This document shows, piece after piece, positions 8,494-17,638 of a stretch of 64,000 nucleotides of DNA (its first letter is position 1; every line of letters starts with the position of its first letter). Source of the DNA: an uncultured Spirochaetota bacterium (GTDB lineage: Bacteria; Spirochaetota; Spirochaetia; SZUA-6; Fen-1364); assembly GCA_963845535.1 (NCBI GenBank), contig CAWJSK010000012.1, positions 736,001 to 800,000 of the forward strand, written 5' to 3'. A model generated the notes under the pieces. That model was given only the letters and a program-made list of their open reading frames with translations, made no database searches and was not told where the DNA came from. Made by a program: the position numbers and the translations under genes.

Positions 8494-10218
8494 TCAGCGC
8501 GCGGCTTCCGCGAACAGGTAGCGCTTTACCTTGCGCGTGGAGGTCTTGGGCAGCTCCACCGCGGATAGCTCGAAGCTCTGCGGGATCTTGTAGCGGGCCG
8601 CGCCCGCGGTGCATTTCTGAATCTCCGCGCGCACGATCCCGCGCAGCTCCTCATCACTCAGGCTCTTCCCGGGCCGCAGGGACGCCAGCACTTCGGGGTC
8701 GGGGTAGATGATGGCATGGGGATACTCGCCGCCCTCGGCGTCCAGCTTCCCAACCACCACGACCTCGGAGAGCAGCGGGCTTGCCTGGAGAAGGTTCTCG
8801 ATCTCCTCGGGGTAGATGTTCTTCCCGCCCTTGGTGACGATGATGTTCTTCAATCGTCCCGTGATGTACAGGTAGCCGTCCTCATCGAGCTTGCCGATGT
8901 CGCCGGTGTGAAGCCAGCCCTCCGCGTCTATGACCTCAGCCGTCTTCTCGGGCATTCCGTAGTATCCGAGCATCACGTTGGAGCCGCGCGCAAGGATCTC
9001 TCCGTTGCCGTTGTGGTCCGGACCGTCGATGCGCACCTCGACGTTGGACAGGGGCAGCCCCACGGATCCGGGCTTGTTGTGCGCAGGGCAGGTGTTGGAG
9101 ATCACCGGCGAGGTCTCGGTGAGGCCGTACCCCTGGAACGTCACGAGGCCCAGGGCATCCATCCCGTCGATAACGTCCTTGGCAATCGGCCCGCCGCCGG
9201 AGACGAAGAAGCGCAGCTTCGAGACTCCCAGCTCACGGGCCACCGATGCGAAGAGCAGCTTCCCCAGCCTGACATGCAGCACCTTGAAGAAGAACGAGCT
9301 CACGGCGAACAGGAGGCGGAACAGGACCCGTACGAGCGCCCCCTTTGCTTTCACGTTTGCCAGGATCCCTTTGTAGATCTTTTCCACCAGGAGGGGCATG
9401 GCAGGCACGCAGGTGGCACCGGTGTCCTTCATGATCCCGATGAGCACGTTCGTCTTCATGGAGGGGACGCTGGTGATCCTTCCGTAACTGAGAAGAGGAG
9501 TAAACACACCAAGGCTCGTGGGATAGGTGTGGTGGAAGGGCAGGACGATGATCCAGTTGTCTCCCGGTCCCAGCGGCGTGGTCATCTGCACGCCGTCTCC
9601 GTTCTCCACGAGGTTCCTGTGGGAAAGCATCACGCCCTTGGGGGTGCCCGTGGTGCCGGACGTGAAGATGAGGGCGGCAAGATCATCCGGAGCCACCTCG
9701 GCGCGGGCGTACGCGCTGTCTCCGGCTGACATCAGTCTCCTGCCGTTCTGCGCCAGGGATGCAAACGTCTCGGGTGCGCCGGGCACGTCATCGAAGAAGA
9801 CGAGGCGCTTCACTGCGTCCCCCGCGGCGTTCCGCACCTTCTCCTGGTATTCGGCCGACGTGAAGATGATCCGTGCTTCACTTGCCCGGATGATGGAAGC
9901 CAGCTCCTCGGTCTTCAACAATATGTCATAGGGAACGATCACCGCGCCGACGGCGGTCACGGCAAGGTACGTGATGACCCATTCGCTTCTGTTCTCCGAG
10001 ATGAGGCCCACCTTGTCGGCCTTACTGACCCCTGATGCAAGCAGCGCGGTTGCCAGGGCGCGGATGTGCTCCTGCAGCTCCCCATAGGTAATGGTCCAGT
10101 ATCCGGTCTCCCGCTTCATTGTCAGCGCGGGGACGCCCAGCATGGATTCACTGAAGCGCTCGATCATCTCCCGGATCGAGTGGACGTTGCGGGATTCCGC
10201 CACCTTGTTGACCTGCAT
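8494..10218 (-). CDS. Long-chain fatty-acid--CoA ligase (AMP-binding)
   Basis: FTSGTTGTPKG, QGYGLTE, WLHTGDIG, GRLKNII, PEEIE. Confidence 0.9.
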   Translation of the reverse strand: MQVNKVAESRNVHSIREMIERFSESMLGVPALTMKRETGYWTITYGELQEHIRALATALLASGVSKADKVGLISENRSEWVITYLAVTAVGAVIVPYDILLKTEELASIIRASEARIIFTSAEYQEKVRNAAGDAVKRLVFFDDVPGAPETFASLAQNGRRLMSAGDSAYARAEVAPDDLAALIFTSGTTGTPKGVMLSHRNLVENGDGVQMTTPLGPGDNWIIVLPFHHTYPTSLGVFTPLLSYGRITSVPSMKTNVLIGIMKDTGATCVPAMPLLVEKIYKGILANVKAKGALVRVLFRLLFAVSSFFFKVLHVRLGKLLFASVARELGVSKLRFFVSGGGPIAKDVIDGMDALGLVTFQGYGLTETSPVISNTCPAHNKPGSVGLPLSNVEVRIDGPDHNGNGEILARGSNVMLGYYGMPEKTAEVIDAEGWLHTGDIGKLDEDGYLYITGRLKNIIVTKGGKNIYPEEIENLLQASPLLSEVVVVGKLDAEGGEYPHAIIYPDPEVLASLRPGKSLSDEELRGIVRAEIQKCTAGAARYKIPQSFELSAVELPKTSTRKVKRYLFAEAAR

Positions 10219-10227
10219 GGCCGACTC

Positions 10228-10740
10228 CTACCTCACCACGAGCTTTCCGAAGACCGCCGCCGCCTGCACAACGAGCGCCGGGGCGCCGTCCTTGTACGAG
10301 GGGGAGGTATACACGGTGTCCCCGAAGGAGACCGAGCGGCCGTCAGGCCCCTCCACCGTGCCGAACGCAGCGGACATGTCGATGCGCACCGGCAGCGCCG
10401 GGTCGATCTTCAGGACTCCGCTCCCGAAGACGACATTCACGTGGGTGCGCAGGTCCCCCGCGCCCAGCCTCACGTCGGTAAGGTCCACGTCCCCGCTTCC
10501 GAAGATGATGTTGTAGTCCCTGTCCCACCCTGCCGTGTATCTCTGGTGGGATTCGAGAAAGGGCTGGGGACGGTTCATGAACGGCCCGCCCACCAGGACA
10601 CGGATCCCCACGTACACGAACAGGACGGCAACGATGAGCCGAACTACCGGGACATGGAAAGGGACGAAACGCCGCAGGATGAACCACACCCCGACGGCAA
10701 TGAGGAGGACCCCCCAGAAGATCCCATCGATCAGAGGCAT
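10228..10740 (-). CDS. LiaF-like membrane protein (N-terminal TMs, C-terminal beta-rich domain)
   Basis: IFWGVLLIAVGVW TM, repeated 'IIFGSGDVDL / VVFGSG / AAFG / AVFG' pattern. Confidence 0.6.
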   Translation of the reverse strand: MPLIDGIFWGVLLIAVGVWFILRRFVPFHVPVVRLIVAVLFVYVGIRVLVGGPFMNRPQPFLESHQRYTAGWDRDYNIIFGSGDVDLTDVRLGAGDLRTHVNVVFGSGVLKIDPALPVRIDMSAAFGTVEGPDGRSVSFGDTVYTSPSYKDGAPALVVQAAAVFGKLVVR

Positions 10741-10838
10741 AGGCGTTTCTCCTTGGACTCACCCATTTAAAAACGGCCTGATGGTGGTGTCAAGCATTGG
10801 GGCGCAGGGAACGGGTACCGGGGCTGCGTAGCGAAGCG

Positions 10839-12203
10839 CTACTCCTTCAGTCGGCGGATTTCCGCATTGATCCTGTCCCGCATCCATTCCTGCTCCCGCC
10901 CGGACAAGGATTCTCCGAACCTCACCGTACGCGCTCCGAGGTCCATGAGGAGGTACGAGCGGGATCTGTACTCCCGTTCATACCCGGAGCGTCGGTAGTA
11001 TGATCGGCCCTCCTGTACAGTGCACTGTCCAACGTCGTCAAGCCGGAGTTTCGTCTCACGGCGAAAGAAGAGGAACTTCCGCGCGTAGGTGAGCCCGTCC
11101 GCCTCGATGGTGATACCCACCTTGCCGAAGAAGGTGAAAAGGGACCGGGAAACGATGAGGGCTCCCACGATCCAGAAGGGCAGCGAGAAAAGTCGAAAGC
11201 CCAGAGGCGCCCCGGCGCTCGTCGCGGTATACGTCCAGAACGCCACCATACCAAGCCAGAATATCCCAAACCCTCCGAAGGCTGACCGCCTGCTCCCGCG
11301 TTCGGGGATCTCGAGGTGCAACCGCTCATCCCGCTCATCCAGGCTGATCCGGGAACCGTGCGGCAAAGGCTGCGGCAGCTTCTGGGCGTCAGCCGCGGCA
11401 ACCTTTTCGCCTCGAAGGAGCGCCGCGGCGGCAGGGACGGGAAGCGTGCGACGCGCCTCATCAGGTTCGAGCCAGTTCCCGAGCACGCGCGCAAGACCAG
11501 GAGAAGAGATCTCCGCCACGGAGCGGACGTCAATCTTCATGTCGCGCGTGGGAAGGTCCGCGGGGTTCCTGTGCGTAAGAAGGAAGAGGAGCGTGGCCGC
11601 CGCCGCGTAGAGGTCGGAGCGTACGGTTGCGCGGCCAGTGAACTGTTCCAGCGGAGTGTAGCCCGGAGTGCCGATGATCGTTGAGCTTGCCACCCCGGAA
11701 ACGCGGATGGCATCCTGGACGCCGCCGAAGTCCAGCAGGAAGACTTCCCCGTCATCGCGCTGAATGATGTTTCGCGGATTGATGTCCCGGTGGATCACCG
11801 GGGGACGCACGGAATGGATGTAATCCACGACGGAAAGCAGTCGGACGCCAAGGTCGCAAATCTCTTTTTCCGTTGCGCGCCAGCCCGCCTCCACTTTTTC
11901 CTGGAGGCATTTCCCCTCCACGAACTCCCGCACAAGGACAAACCGCGCCGTGCCCTCCAGCTCCGCGCGGAAGAAGTCCTTGTAGGCGGGGATGCGCTCG
12001 TGATGGAGCGCCTTGAGCACCGCCGCCTCCCTCTCGAAAAGCTCGACGGCTTTCCAGTCCGAAAGCAGGTCGAGATGGAGGAGCTTGGCCACGGCCGAGG
12101 AGCCGTCCTTTGTGTCCCTGACAAGGTAGGTGATGCCCGCGCCGCCTCTGCCCAGCTCGCGCTCGATCCTGTACCTGTCCGCCAGCAAGTCCCCGACCCT
12201 CAT
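10839..12203 (-). CDS. Hanks-type Ser/Thr protein kinase with C-terminal TM pair
   Basis: LGRGGAG, AVAK, HRDINPRN, DFG, GTPGYTPLEQ, SDLY; two TM helices then a small domain. Confidence 0.9.
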   Translation of the reverse strand: MRVGDLLADRYRIERELGRGGAGITYLVRDTKDGSSAVAKLLHLDLLSDWKAVELFEREAAVLKALHHERIPAYKDFFRAELEGTARFVLVREFVEGKCLQEKVEAGWRATEKEICDLGVRLLSVVDYIHSVRPPVIHRDINPRNIIQRDDGEVFLLDFGGVQDAIRVSGVASSTIIGTPGYTPLEQFTGRATVRSDLYAAAATLLFLLTHRNPADLPTRDMKIDVRSVAEISSPGLARVLGNWLEPDEARRTLPVPAAAALLRGEKVAAADAQKLPQPLPHGSRISLDERDERLHLEIPERGSRRSAFGGFGIFWLGMVAFWTYTATSAGAPLGFRLFSLPFWIVGALIVSRSLFTFFGKVGITIEADGLTYARKFLFFRRETKLRLDDVGQCTVQEGRSYYRRSGYEREYRSRSYLLMDLGARTVRFGESLSGREQEWMRDRINAEIRRLKE

Positions 12204-12240
12204 GGCTTGCCATGGTAGCAAAGAAGTTCTTTCGGGTCAA
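12204..12240 (-). promoter_or_regulatory. Sigma70 promoter, probably leaderless kinase mRNA
   Basis: TTGACC(12240-35)-17nt-TACCAT(12217-12)-8nt-ATG(12203); no SD. Confidence 0.6.
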
Positions 12241-12291
12241 AGAAACGTCGACGGGATATGCCGAGTATATAAGAGGGGGGAAGGAGACGAA

Positions 12292-12519
12292 ATGGCTCGA
12301 CACAAGAGGATGAGACTGGCAACGTGGCTCGTATCCCACAACCTCATGACGCTTGACCAGGCGCACGAGGTCATGCGGGAGCAGAAAGAGCAGACCGGCC
12401 ACATCCGCGAACGCTTTGGCAGAATTGCAGTCAAAAAGGGCTTTATCTCGGAGGAAGCCCTTACGCGCGCATATCTCGAAAAAGAAAGAGAAGAAGCCCT
12501 GCTCAGACCCGTCATGTAG
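12292..12519 (+). CDS. Small stand-alone MshEN-like protein (75 aa)
   Basis: SD AAGGAG; two 24-aa repeats RLATWLVSHNLMTLDQAHEVMREQ and RFGRIAVKKGFISEEALTRAYLEK. Confidence 0.65.
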   Translation: MARHKRMRLATWLVSHNLMTLDQAHEVMREQKEQTGHIRERFGRIAVKKGFISEEALTRAYLEKEREEALLRPVM

Positions 12520-12526
12520 GCTGGTC

Positions 12527-13180
12527 TCAGATCCTCGATTTTACCCAGGGATAGGCTTCTTCGAAGCTGGAGAACCGCAGATCCGCGAGCCGAGCGTTGT
12601 CCCGGGAGGCGAGCTCTGACACGAAAGCAACCGCCACGCCCGCCCGGCGGGCCGCCTCTATTCCGGCAGGAGAGTCTTCAAACACAAGCGCCTCAGGCGC
12701 CTGCGCTTTCAGCTCGTGGAGCGCCTTGAGGAAGCCCTCGGGGTCCGGCTTGCCGCGGGAACAGTCCTCATCCGTCAGGATAAGGTCCACGTTGTCGGCG
12801 CGCAGGCCGGCATTGTCCATCATCACCTCGATCTCGGCCTTCGTTGATCCGCTGACAATGGCCTGGGGCACCGGGAGGGAGAGCATCCTGTCGAAGCCCC
12901 GCGCCACGCGCAGTTTCCTCCCCTTGAGAAACTCGATTTTCTTTTGCACGAACGTCCGCCAGACTTCCGAAAGCGGCGTGTGGAAGCCGCGGTTCACGGA
13001 GAGCCATTCGAACACGCCGCTCCAGGAGAAGCCGTAGAGCAAGTCCAGCTCGGCCTGACTGAGCTCGATGGAGTAGTCCCGGCGGAGAAGGTCGGAGAAC
13101 AGCGCGTCGTTGATGCGCTCGCTTTCGACGATGGTGTCGTCGAAGTCGTAGATGATGGCGCGGATCCTGTCGGGCTCCAT
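12527..13180 (-). CDS. HAD-family phosphatase (beta-PGM/CbbY-like)
   Basis: YDFDDT, VSGS, GKPDPEGF, VFEDSPAGIEAA. Confidence 0.9.
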   Translation of the reverse strand: MEPDRIRAIIYDFDDTIVESERINDALFSDLLRRDYSIELSQAELDLLYGFSWSGVFEWLSVNRGFHTPLSEVWRTFVQKKIEFLKGRKLRVARGFDRMLSLPVPQAIVSGSTKAEIEVMMDNAGLRADNVDLILTDEDCSRGKPDPEGFLKALHELKAQAPEALVFEDSPAGIEAARRAGVAVAFVSELASRDNARLADLRFSSFEEAYPWVKSRI

Positions 13181-13261
13181 GGCGCGGCAGTATAAATCGC
13201 CTCGAAATACTGGGAAAGCCCCCACGGGAGTGGTACATTTCAGGCAAAAGGATCAATCGCC

Positions 13262-13981
13262 ATGCGCCTGAAGAATTATAATGAGGATCTCGTCCTCGAA
13301 ACGGTGAAGGTGGTGCTGAAGGACAGGGCGGACGTGCGTCCCAGCCGCTCCTTCATTTTGGACGTGGCTGCGTACGTGCTCAACAGGACGCCCCCCAAGT
13401 ACATCACGAGCGAGCGAGGTTTCACCCACGAGGTCCTGCAGGCCGCGGGCGGGGATGGGACGGAGGAGCAGCGCCTCGTGAACGTGATCGAGCTGATCAC
13501 GCATATCAATCAGGCCATCGAGGTGGTTGCGCGGCGGCGGCGCAACGGGGCCTCGGTGGGCCAGAAGAGACCTCCCCGCTCGTCAGCCTCGGAGGACGGC
13601 GCCCGGCAGCTTCTCTACTACTACAACATGCCCCACATCTTCGGACGGATCGTGGATGCACAGGATGGAAAGCCCGTGATCTCGGCGCAAGCCACCCTCT
13701 GGATCAATGACCAGGTGTCGCCGCCCGCTGAAAGCGGCTGGCGCAATCCCTATCTGACCAACGAACAGACGAGCGGCTACTTCAGCTTCTGGCCGCGCGT
13801 GGAGACCGGTGACTCCGACAGCGTGCGGATGCAGGTGACAATCGGCTTCGAGCACGAAAGGTATGAGCCCTTGACGTTCCGGAAAAGCTTGAAAGTGCCG
13901 GGGGAGTTCTTCCTGTACGACTACATCCGCGGCGACAAACTCCTCGACGTCGGGACCCTCGCCATGCAGCCGGCCGGATAG
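13262..13981 (+). CDS. ComFB-family protein with C-terminal extension
   Basis: LKNYNEDLV...DVAAYVLNRTPPKY ComFB signature. Confidence 0.75.
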   Translation: MRLKNYNEDLVLETVKVVLKDRADVRPSRSFILDVAAYVLNRTPPKYITSERGFTHEVLQAAGGDGTEEQRLVNVIELITHINQAIEVVARRRRNGASVGQKRPPRSSASEDGARQLLYYYNMPHIFGRIVDAQDGKPVISAQATLWINDQVSPPAESGWRNPYLTNEQTSGYFSFWPRVETGDSDSVRMQVTIGFEHERYEPLTFRKSLKVPGEFFLYDYIRGDKLLDVGTLAMQPAG

Positions 13982-14054
13982 GGCGGTGCGTTGCGCGGCC
14001 GCACGACAACCCGCCATACGTCAGCGCGAAGTTCTACGGACGTGACTCTCGAAT

Positions 14055-14083
14055 TTGCCTTCCCCGGGAGGTGATGCTATTAT
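14055..14083 (+). promoter_or_regulatory. Sigma70 promoter
   Basis: TTGCCT-17nt-TATTAT with TG extension. Confidence 0.55.
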
Positions 14084-14118
14084 GAACCCATGGGTGAAAG
14101 TCAGATGGAGGGCACACT

Positions 14119-14400
14119 ATGGGACCAAGGAAGATCACCTCTGATGCTCTGAAGCGTGTGTTCACCGATCTGCGCACCGGCGACGAGAAGGCAATCGGCA
14201 CCTGGTTGTTCAAGGGATACAGGCTCCAGGTGAGCCGCTACCAGTCCTCGGGAACGGAGCGCTCTGCTCTCCTTTACCGCAAGAGAAGGGACCAGGGCCT
14301 GTGCGTGAGATGCGGCGCACGAGTCACGCGGAAGAACCCCCTGACGGGAATGTTGTACAGGTTGTGCGACGCCCACAGGAAAGAGATAGATAGAAAGTAA
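14119..14400 (+). CDS. Small basic protein with CxxC...CxxH zinc-finger motif
   Basis: SD GGAGGG; GLCVRCG...YRLCDAH; Arg/Lys-rich. Confidence 0.7.
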   Translation: MGPRKITSDALKRVFTDLRTGDEKAIGTWLFKGYRLQVSRYQSSGTERSALLYRKRRDQGLCVRCGARVTRKNPLTGMLYRLCDAHRKEIDRK

Positions 14401-14406
14401 GGCGGC

Positions 14407-15360
14407 TTACAGCCCGGGTTCCGTGGGGACCGGCATCTGAATGGCCGCCGTGGGCTGACGGGGCGCGGAAGGCTGGGTGGCCGCACCGGACGCCGAAGGC
14501 TGGCTGGGCGCCGCGGCGGAGGGAGGCGGCGGAACGGGCATCTGCTGGAACTGCTGCGGAGAGCCGCCCTGGTCCGGCAGTTCAAGAGGCGGCCCAGGCT
14601 CCGTGGGCTCGGCCTGCGGATCAGGGAACCGGTTGAGAAGATAATCGTAGCGTTCCCGCATCTGCCTGCTTTTCTCGAATGTGTTTACGTTGTACCTCAC
14701 CGGATTCGTGATGATCGTTACAAGACGGCGCAGCTCGTCCAGGGAAAGGCTCGCCACGCTTGTGCCATAGTAATGGTAGGAAGCGGCGCCAATCCCATAG
14801 ATCCCTTTCCCCCACTCGATGCAGTTCAGGTACAGCTCGAGGATCCGGTTTTTCGGCATGAAAAGATCCATCTCGATTGCAATGAGCGCCTCGCTGTACT
14901 TGCGCAGGTATGTCTTGCGGGGGGTGAGGAAAAGGTTCCGAGCGAGCTGCTGGGGAATGGTGCTCCCGCCGTACAGCGGGTAGCCGATCGACTTGTCGAT
15001 GAGGTAGGCGTCCCTGATGGCTCCCAGGTCGATCCCAATGTGGTTGTAGAAGTGGTAGTCCTCCAGCCTGATCACCATTCTCCTGGCCACGAGCGGGATG
15101 TGATACAACGGAACGAAGTGGACTTGCTGGGCTTTCTGGTGGGCGGTCACCCCCCTCCAGACCATGAGAGCGGTGACCTGGGGGTTGAGGCGGAGAAGCG
15201 CCATGCTTGCCAGGAGAACGAGGAAAAAAAGAACGACATGCGCAATGACAAAGCCGGCGACGAGGAACCGGGCAAGCTTTCCCGCTATCCGGGAAGGCTT
15301 CACGACGTCCCTCAGCAAGGCCATCCGAAGCGCAAAGGTCTCGGTAATGCGGGCGTTCAT
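14407..15360 (-). CDS. mtgA: Monofunctional peptidoglycan transglycosylase (GT51) with Pro/Gln/Ala-rich tail
   Basis: LEDYHFYNHIGID, GGSTIPQQLARNLFL, RKYSE, ILELYLN, GIGAAS. Confidence 0.8.
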   Translation of the reverse strand: MNARITETFALRMALLRDVVKPSRIAGKLARFLVAGFVIAHVVLFFLVLLASMALLRLNPQVTALMVWRGVTAHQKAQQVHFVPLYHIPLVARRMVIRLEDYHFYNHIGIDLGAIRDAYLIDKSIGYPLYGGSTIPQQLARNLFLTPRKTYLRKYSEALIAIEMDLFMPKNRILELYLNCIEWGKGIYGIGAASYHYYGTSVASLSLDELRRLVTIITNPVRYNVNTFEKSRQMRERYDYLLNRFPDPQAEPTEPGPPLELPDQGGSPQQFQQMPVPPPPSAAAPSQPSASGAATQPSAPRQPTAAIQMPVPTEPGL

Positions 15361-15436
15361 ATGAAATGCTCGATCAAAACGTTACGGGAGCACGGCGTGA
15401 AAGTCAAGACTCGCGCACATGTGATAGTCTGGCGGC

Positions 15437-16395
15437 GTGGGATTGGCTAAAACGGCATCGATTGGCGAGGCGCGCCAGCGCCTTCCGCGCGAGTTCCTCG
15501 AAAACCTCCAGCAGACGTTCCCTCAGGCCGTGTCACAAGCGATCATCCGTGGGATGTGCGCCCGGCGCCCCACGACATTCCGCGTGAACACGCTCCAGGC
15601 GGACCCGCGTGAGATCGTCGGGTTCCTGCGGGAAACCGGGGTGAAGTTCCGCGCGGTGCCCTGGAGCCGCCACGCGTTCATCCTCTCCGAGCTGCGGGAG
15701 CGGGACGTCGAACAATGGGACTGGTATCGCGAGGGGCGCCTGTATCTTCAGAGCCTCTCGAGCATGGTCCCCGCCATCGCCCTGGCGCCGCGCCCGGGAG
15801 AGCGCGTGCTGGACCTTGCCGCCGCCCCGGGCGGCAAGACAACACAGATGGCCGCGCTGATGGAAAACAGCGGCTCCATCCTGGCGGTCGAGCCCGACGA
15901 AGTACGACTGAGCCGACTTTCCTACAACGTGGCGCTCCAGGGATGCCGCAACGTGGAGGTGAGGAAAGCCCGGGGGAAAGAATCGGAGGCGAGATGCCGG
16001 GCGCATTCGACCGGGTCCTTCTCGACGTCCCCTGCTCTGGAGAGGGCAGGTTCATTGTCGGCGCTCCCGGCACCTCACGGGCTTGGTCGCGGAAGCTGAT
16101 TGCTGATCGCGCCCGGCTTCAGCGCAAGCTCTTCGAAAGCGGGTTTCACGCGGTCCGGCCGGGAGGGGTCCTCGTATACTCTACGTGCACTCTCAATCTC
16201 GAAGAGAACGAAAAGGTCATCCATTGGGCGCTGGAAAGCTTTGCGCTGGAGACCGAAAAGCTTCCGCTCTCCATCCCCGGATCATGGTCGGGCATCTCCC
16301 GGGGGTTGCATCCGGGAGTCTCGAACGCGCTTCGGCTTTTTCCCGACGCAGAGAAGGAGGGCTTCTTCATCTGTCGGCTGCGTCGGGTCGAGTAA
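15437..16395 (+). CDS. RsmB/NOP (RsmF-like) RNA m5C methyltransferase, frameshift in G5 run at 15972-15976
   Basis: QSLSSM, VLDLAAAPGGKT then second frame LLDVPCSGEG, VYSTCT, EENE, EGFF; one added G restores ...KARGERIGGEM... Confidence 0.85.
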
Positions 16396-16451
16396 TCCGC
16401 GTTAGCGCGGTAGTCCGTTAGCCCGGTAATCCGTGCTAACACGGTAATCCG
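16392..16451. repeat. Imperfect tandem repeat (4x GTAATCCG core, 16-18 nt period) at convergent gene junction
   Basis: Cores at 16392, 16410 (GTAGTCCG), 16426, 16444. Confidence 0.7.
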
Positions 16452-17599
16452 CGCGGCAGCGGGCCGAACCACTGGTAGAGGTAGCACTGCATGTTGCCGT
16501 TGTACAGCTTGCGGTTCTTGGAGAATGGCGTGCCGAAAAGCCTCGGGAAATCCGTGCTCGCGGTGAGGATAAAGAAGGACCACGTCTCAAGCTTCCGGTA
16601 CAGGTCACCCATTTCCCGCGAAAGCGCGTCCACGTCCCGCCGCTCACCCAGGCGTTCACCGTATGGCGGGTTGGAGACGATGCAGCCGTAGCCTTGCTCC
16701 GCCTGGAACGCGCCAAGCGGCGCGCACCGAAAGCGCACGCTGTCTGAGACTCCCGCCTTCGCGGCATTCCTGGTGGCGGCCTCCACCATTGCGGGGTCCT
16801 TGTCCGAGGCCGCGACGGTGACCCCCGCCTCACGGCGCTCTGAGTCGCGCGACTCCTGACGGGCATCCTGCCAGATGCGGGCGGGCAGCGCGGGCCATTC
16901 CTCCGCGGCAAAGCGGCGCCTGATTCCCGGCGCCGCGCCGCGGGCAATCAGCGCGGCCTCTATGGCGATGGTGCCTGAGCCGCACAGCGGATCGGCAAAC
17001 GGCCGCGAGGCGTCCCAGCGGGATAGCAGCACCAGGGCGGCCGCCAGGTTCTCCCGCAGCGGCGCGGCGCCGGTCTCCGTCCTGTAGCCGCGCTTGTGCA
17101 GCCCCGGGCCGCTCGTGTCCAGGCAGACCGTGGCGCGGTCCCGCAGCAGGGAGACCTCGACGGTGTACAGCGGCCCGCTCTCCTCCGCGCGCTGACCGCC
17201 CTGATGTCCCCGCGCGCCCAGGAGCGCGTCCACGATGGCTTTCTTGGAGACGGATTGGAGGGTGGGCACGGAGGCAAGCCGCGAACGGGTGGACCGCGCC
17301 TTGACCACGACGGCGGCCGTGCGCGGGACCAGCTCGCTCCAGGGGGCCTGGCGGACCCCTTCGTAGAGGTCATCGAAATCCGTGGCGGGGAAGTCCGCCA
17401 TCCGCAGCCACACCCGGTCCGCGGTCCGCAGCCTGATGTTGCACCGCGCCATGTCCGCCGGCGTCCCCTCGAAGAGCACGCGCCTGTCCATCGTGCTCGT
17501 GACGGATATTCCCAGCGCGAGCAGCTCGTCCCGGACCACGGCCTCCAGCCCGAACGTCGCCGCGGCCTCCAGGAGGAGGCTCCCGCCGCTTGTTTTCAT
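16436..17599 (-). CDS. THUMP-domain class I SAM RNA methyltransferase (RlmL/YpsC-like)
   Basis: FGLEAVV, LRTADRV, DTSGPGLHKRGYR, APLRENLAA, DPLCGSGT, NPPYGERL, RKLYNG. Confidence 0.9.
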   Translation of the reverse strand: MKTSGGSLLLEAAATFGLEAVVRDELLALGISVTSTMDRRVLFEGTPADMARCNIRLRTADRVWLRMADFPATDFDDLYEGVRQAPWSELVPRTAAVVVKARSTRSRLASVPTLQSVSKKAIVDALLGARGHQGGQRAEESGPLYTVEVSLLRDRATVCLDTSGPGLHKRGYRTETGAAPLRENLAAALVLLSRWDASRPFADPLCGSGTIAIEAALIARGAAPGIRRRFAAEEWPALPARIWQDARQESRDSERREAGVTVAASDKDPAMVEAATRNAAKAGVSDSVRFRCAPLGAFQAEQGYGCIVSNPPYGERLGERRDVDALSREMGDLYRKLETWSFFILTASTDFPRLFGTPFSKNRKLYNGNMQCYLYQWFGPLPRGLPC

Positions 17600-17638
17600 G
17601 ATCTCCCCTTCCTGCTAATAATACATAGGAGGCTGGGT

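Noticed and set aside
15972..15976. Programmed frameshifting or phase variation in the RsmF-like gene
   Set aside because: A G5 tract is short for phase variation and similar lesions recur in unrelated genes; assembly error is simpler
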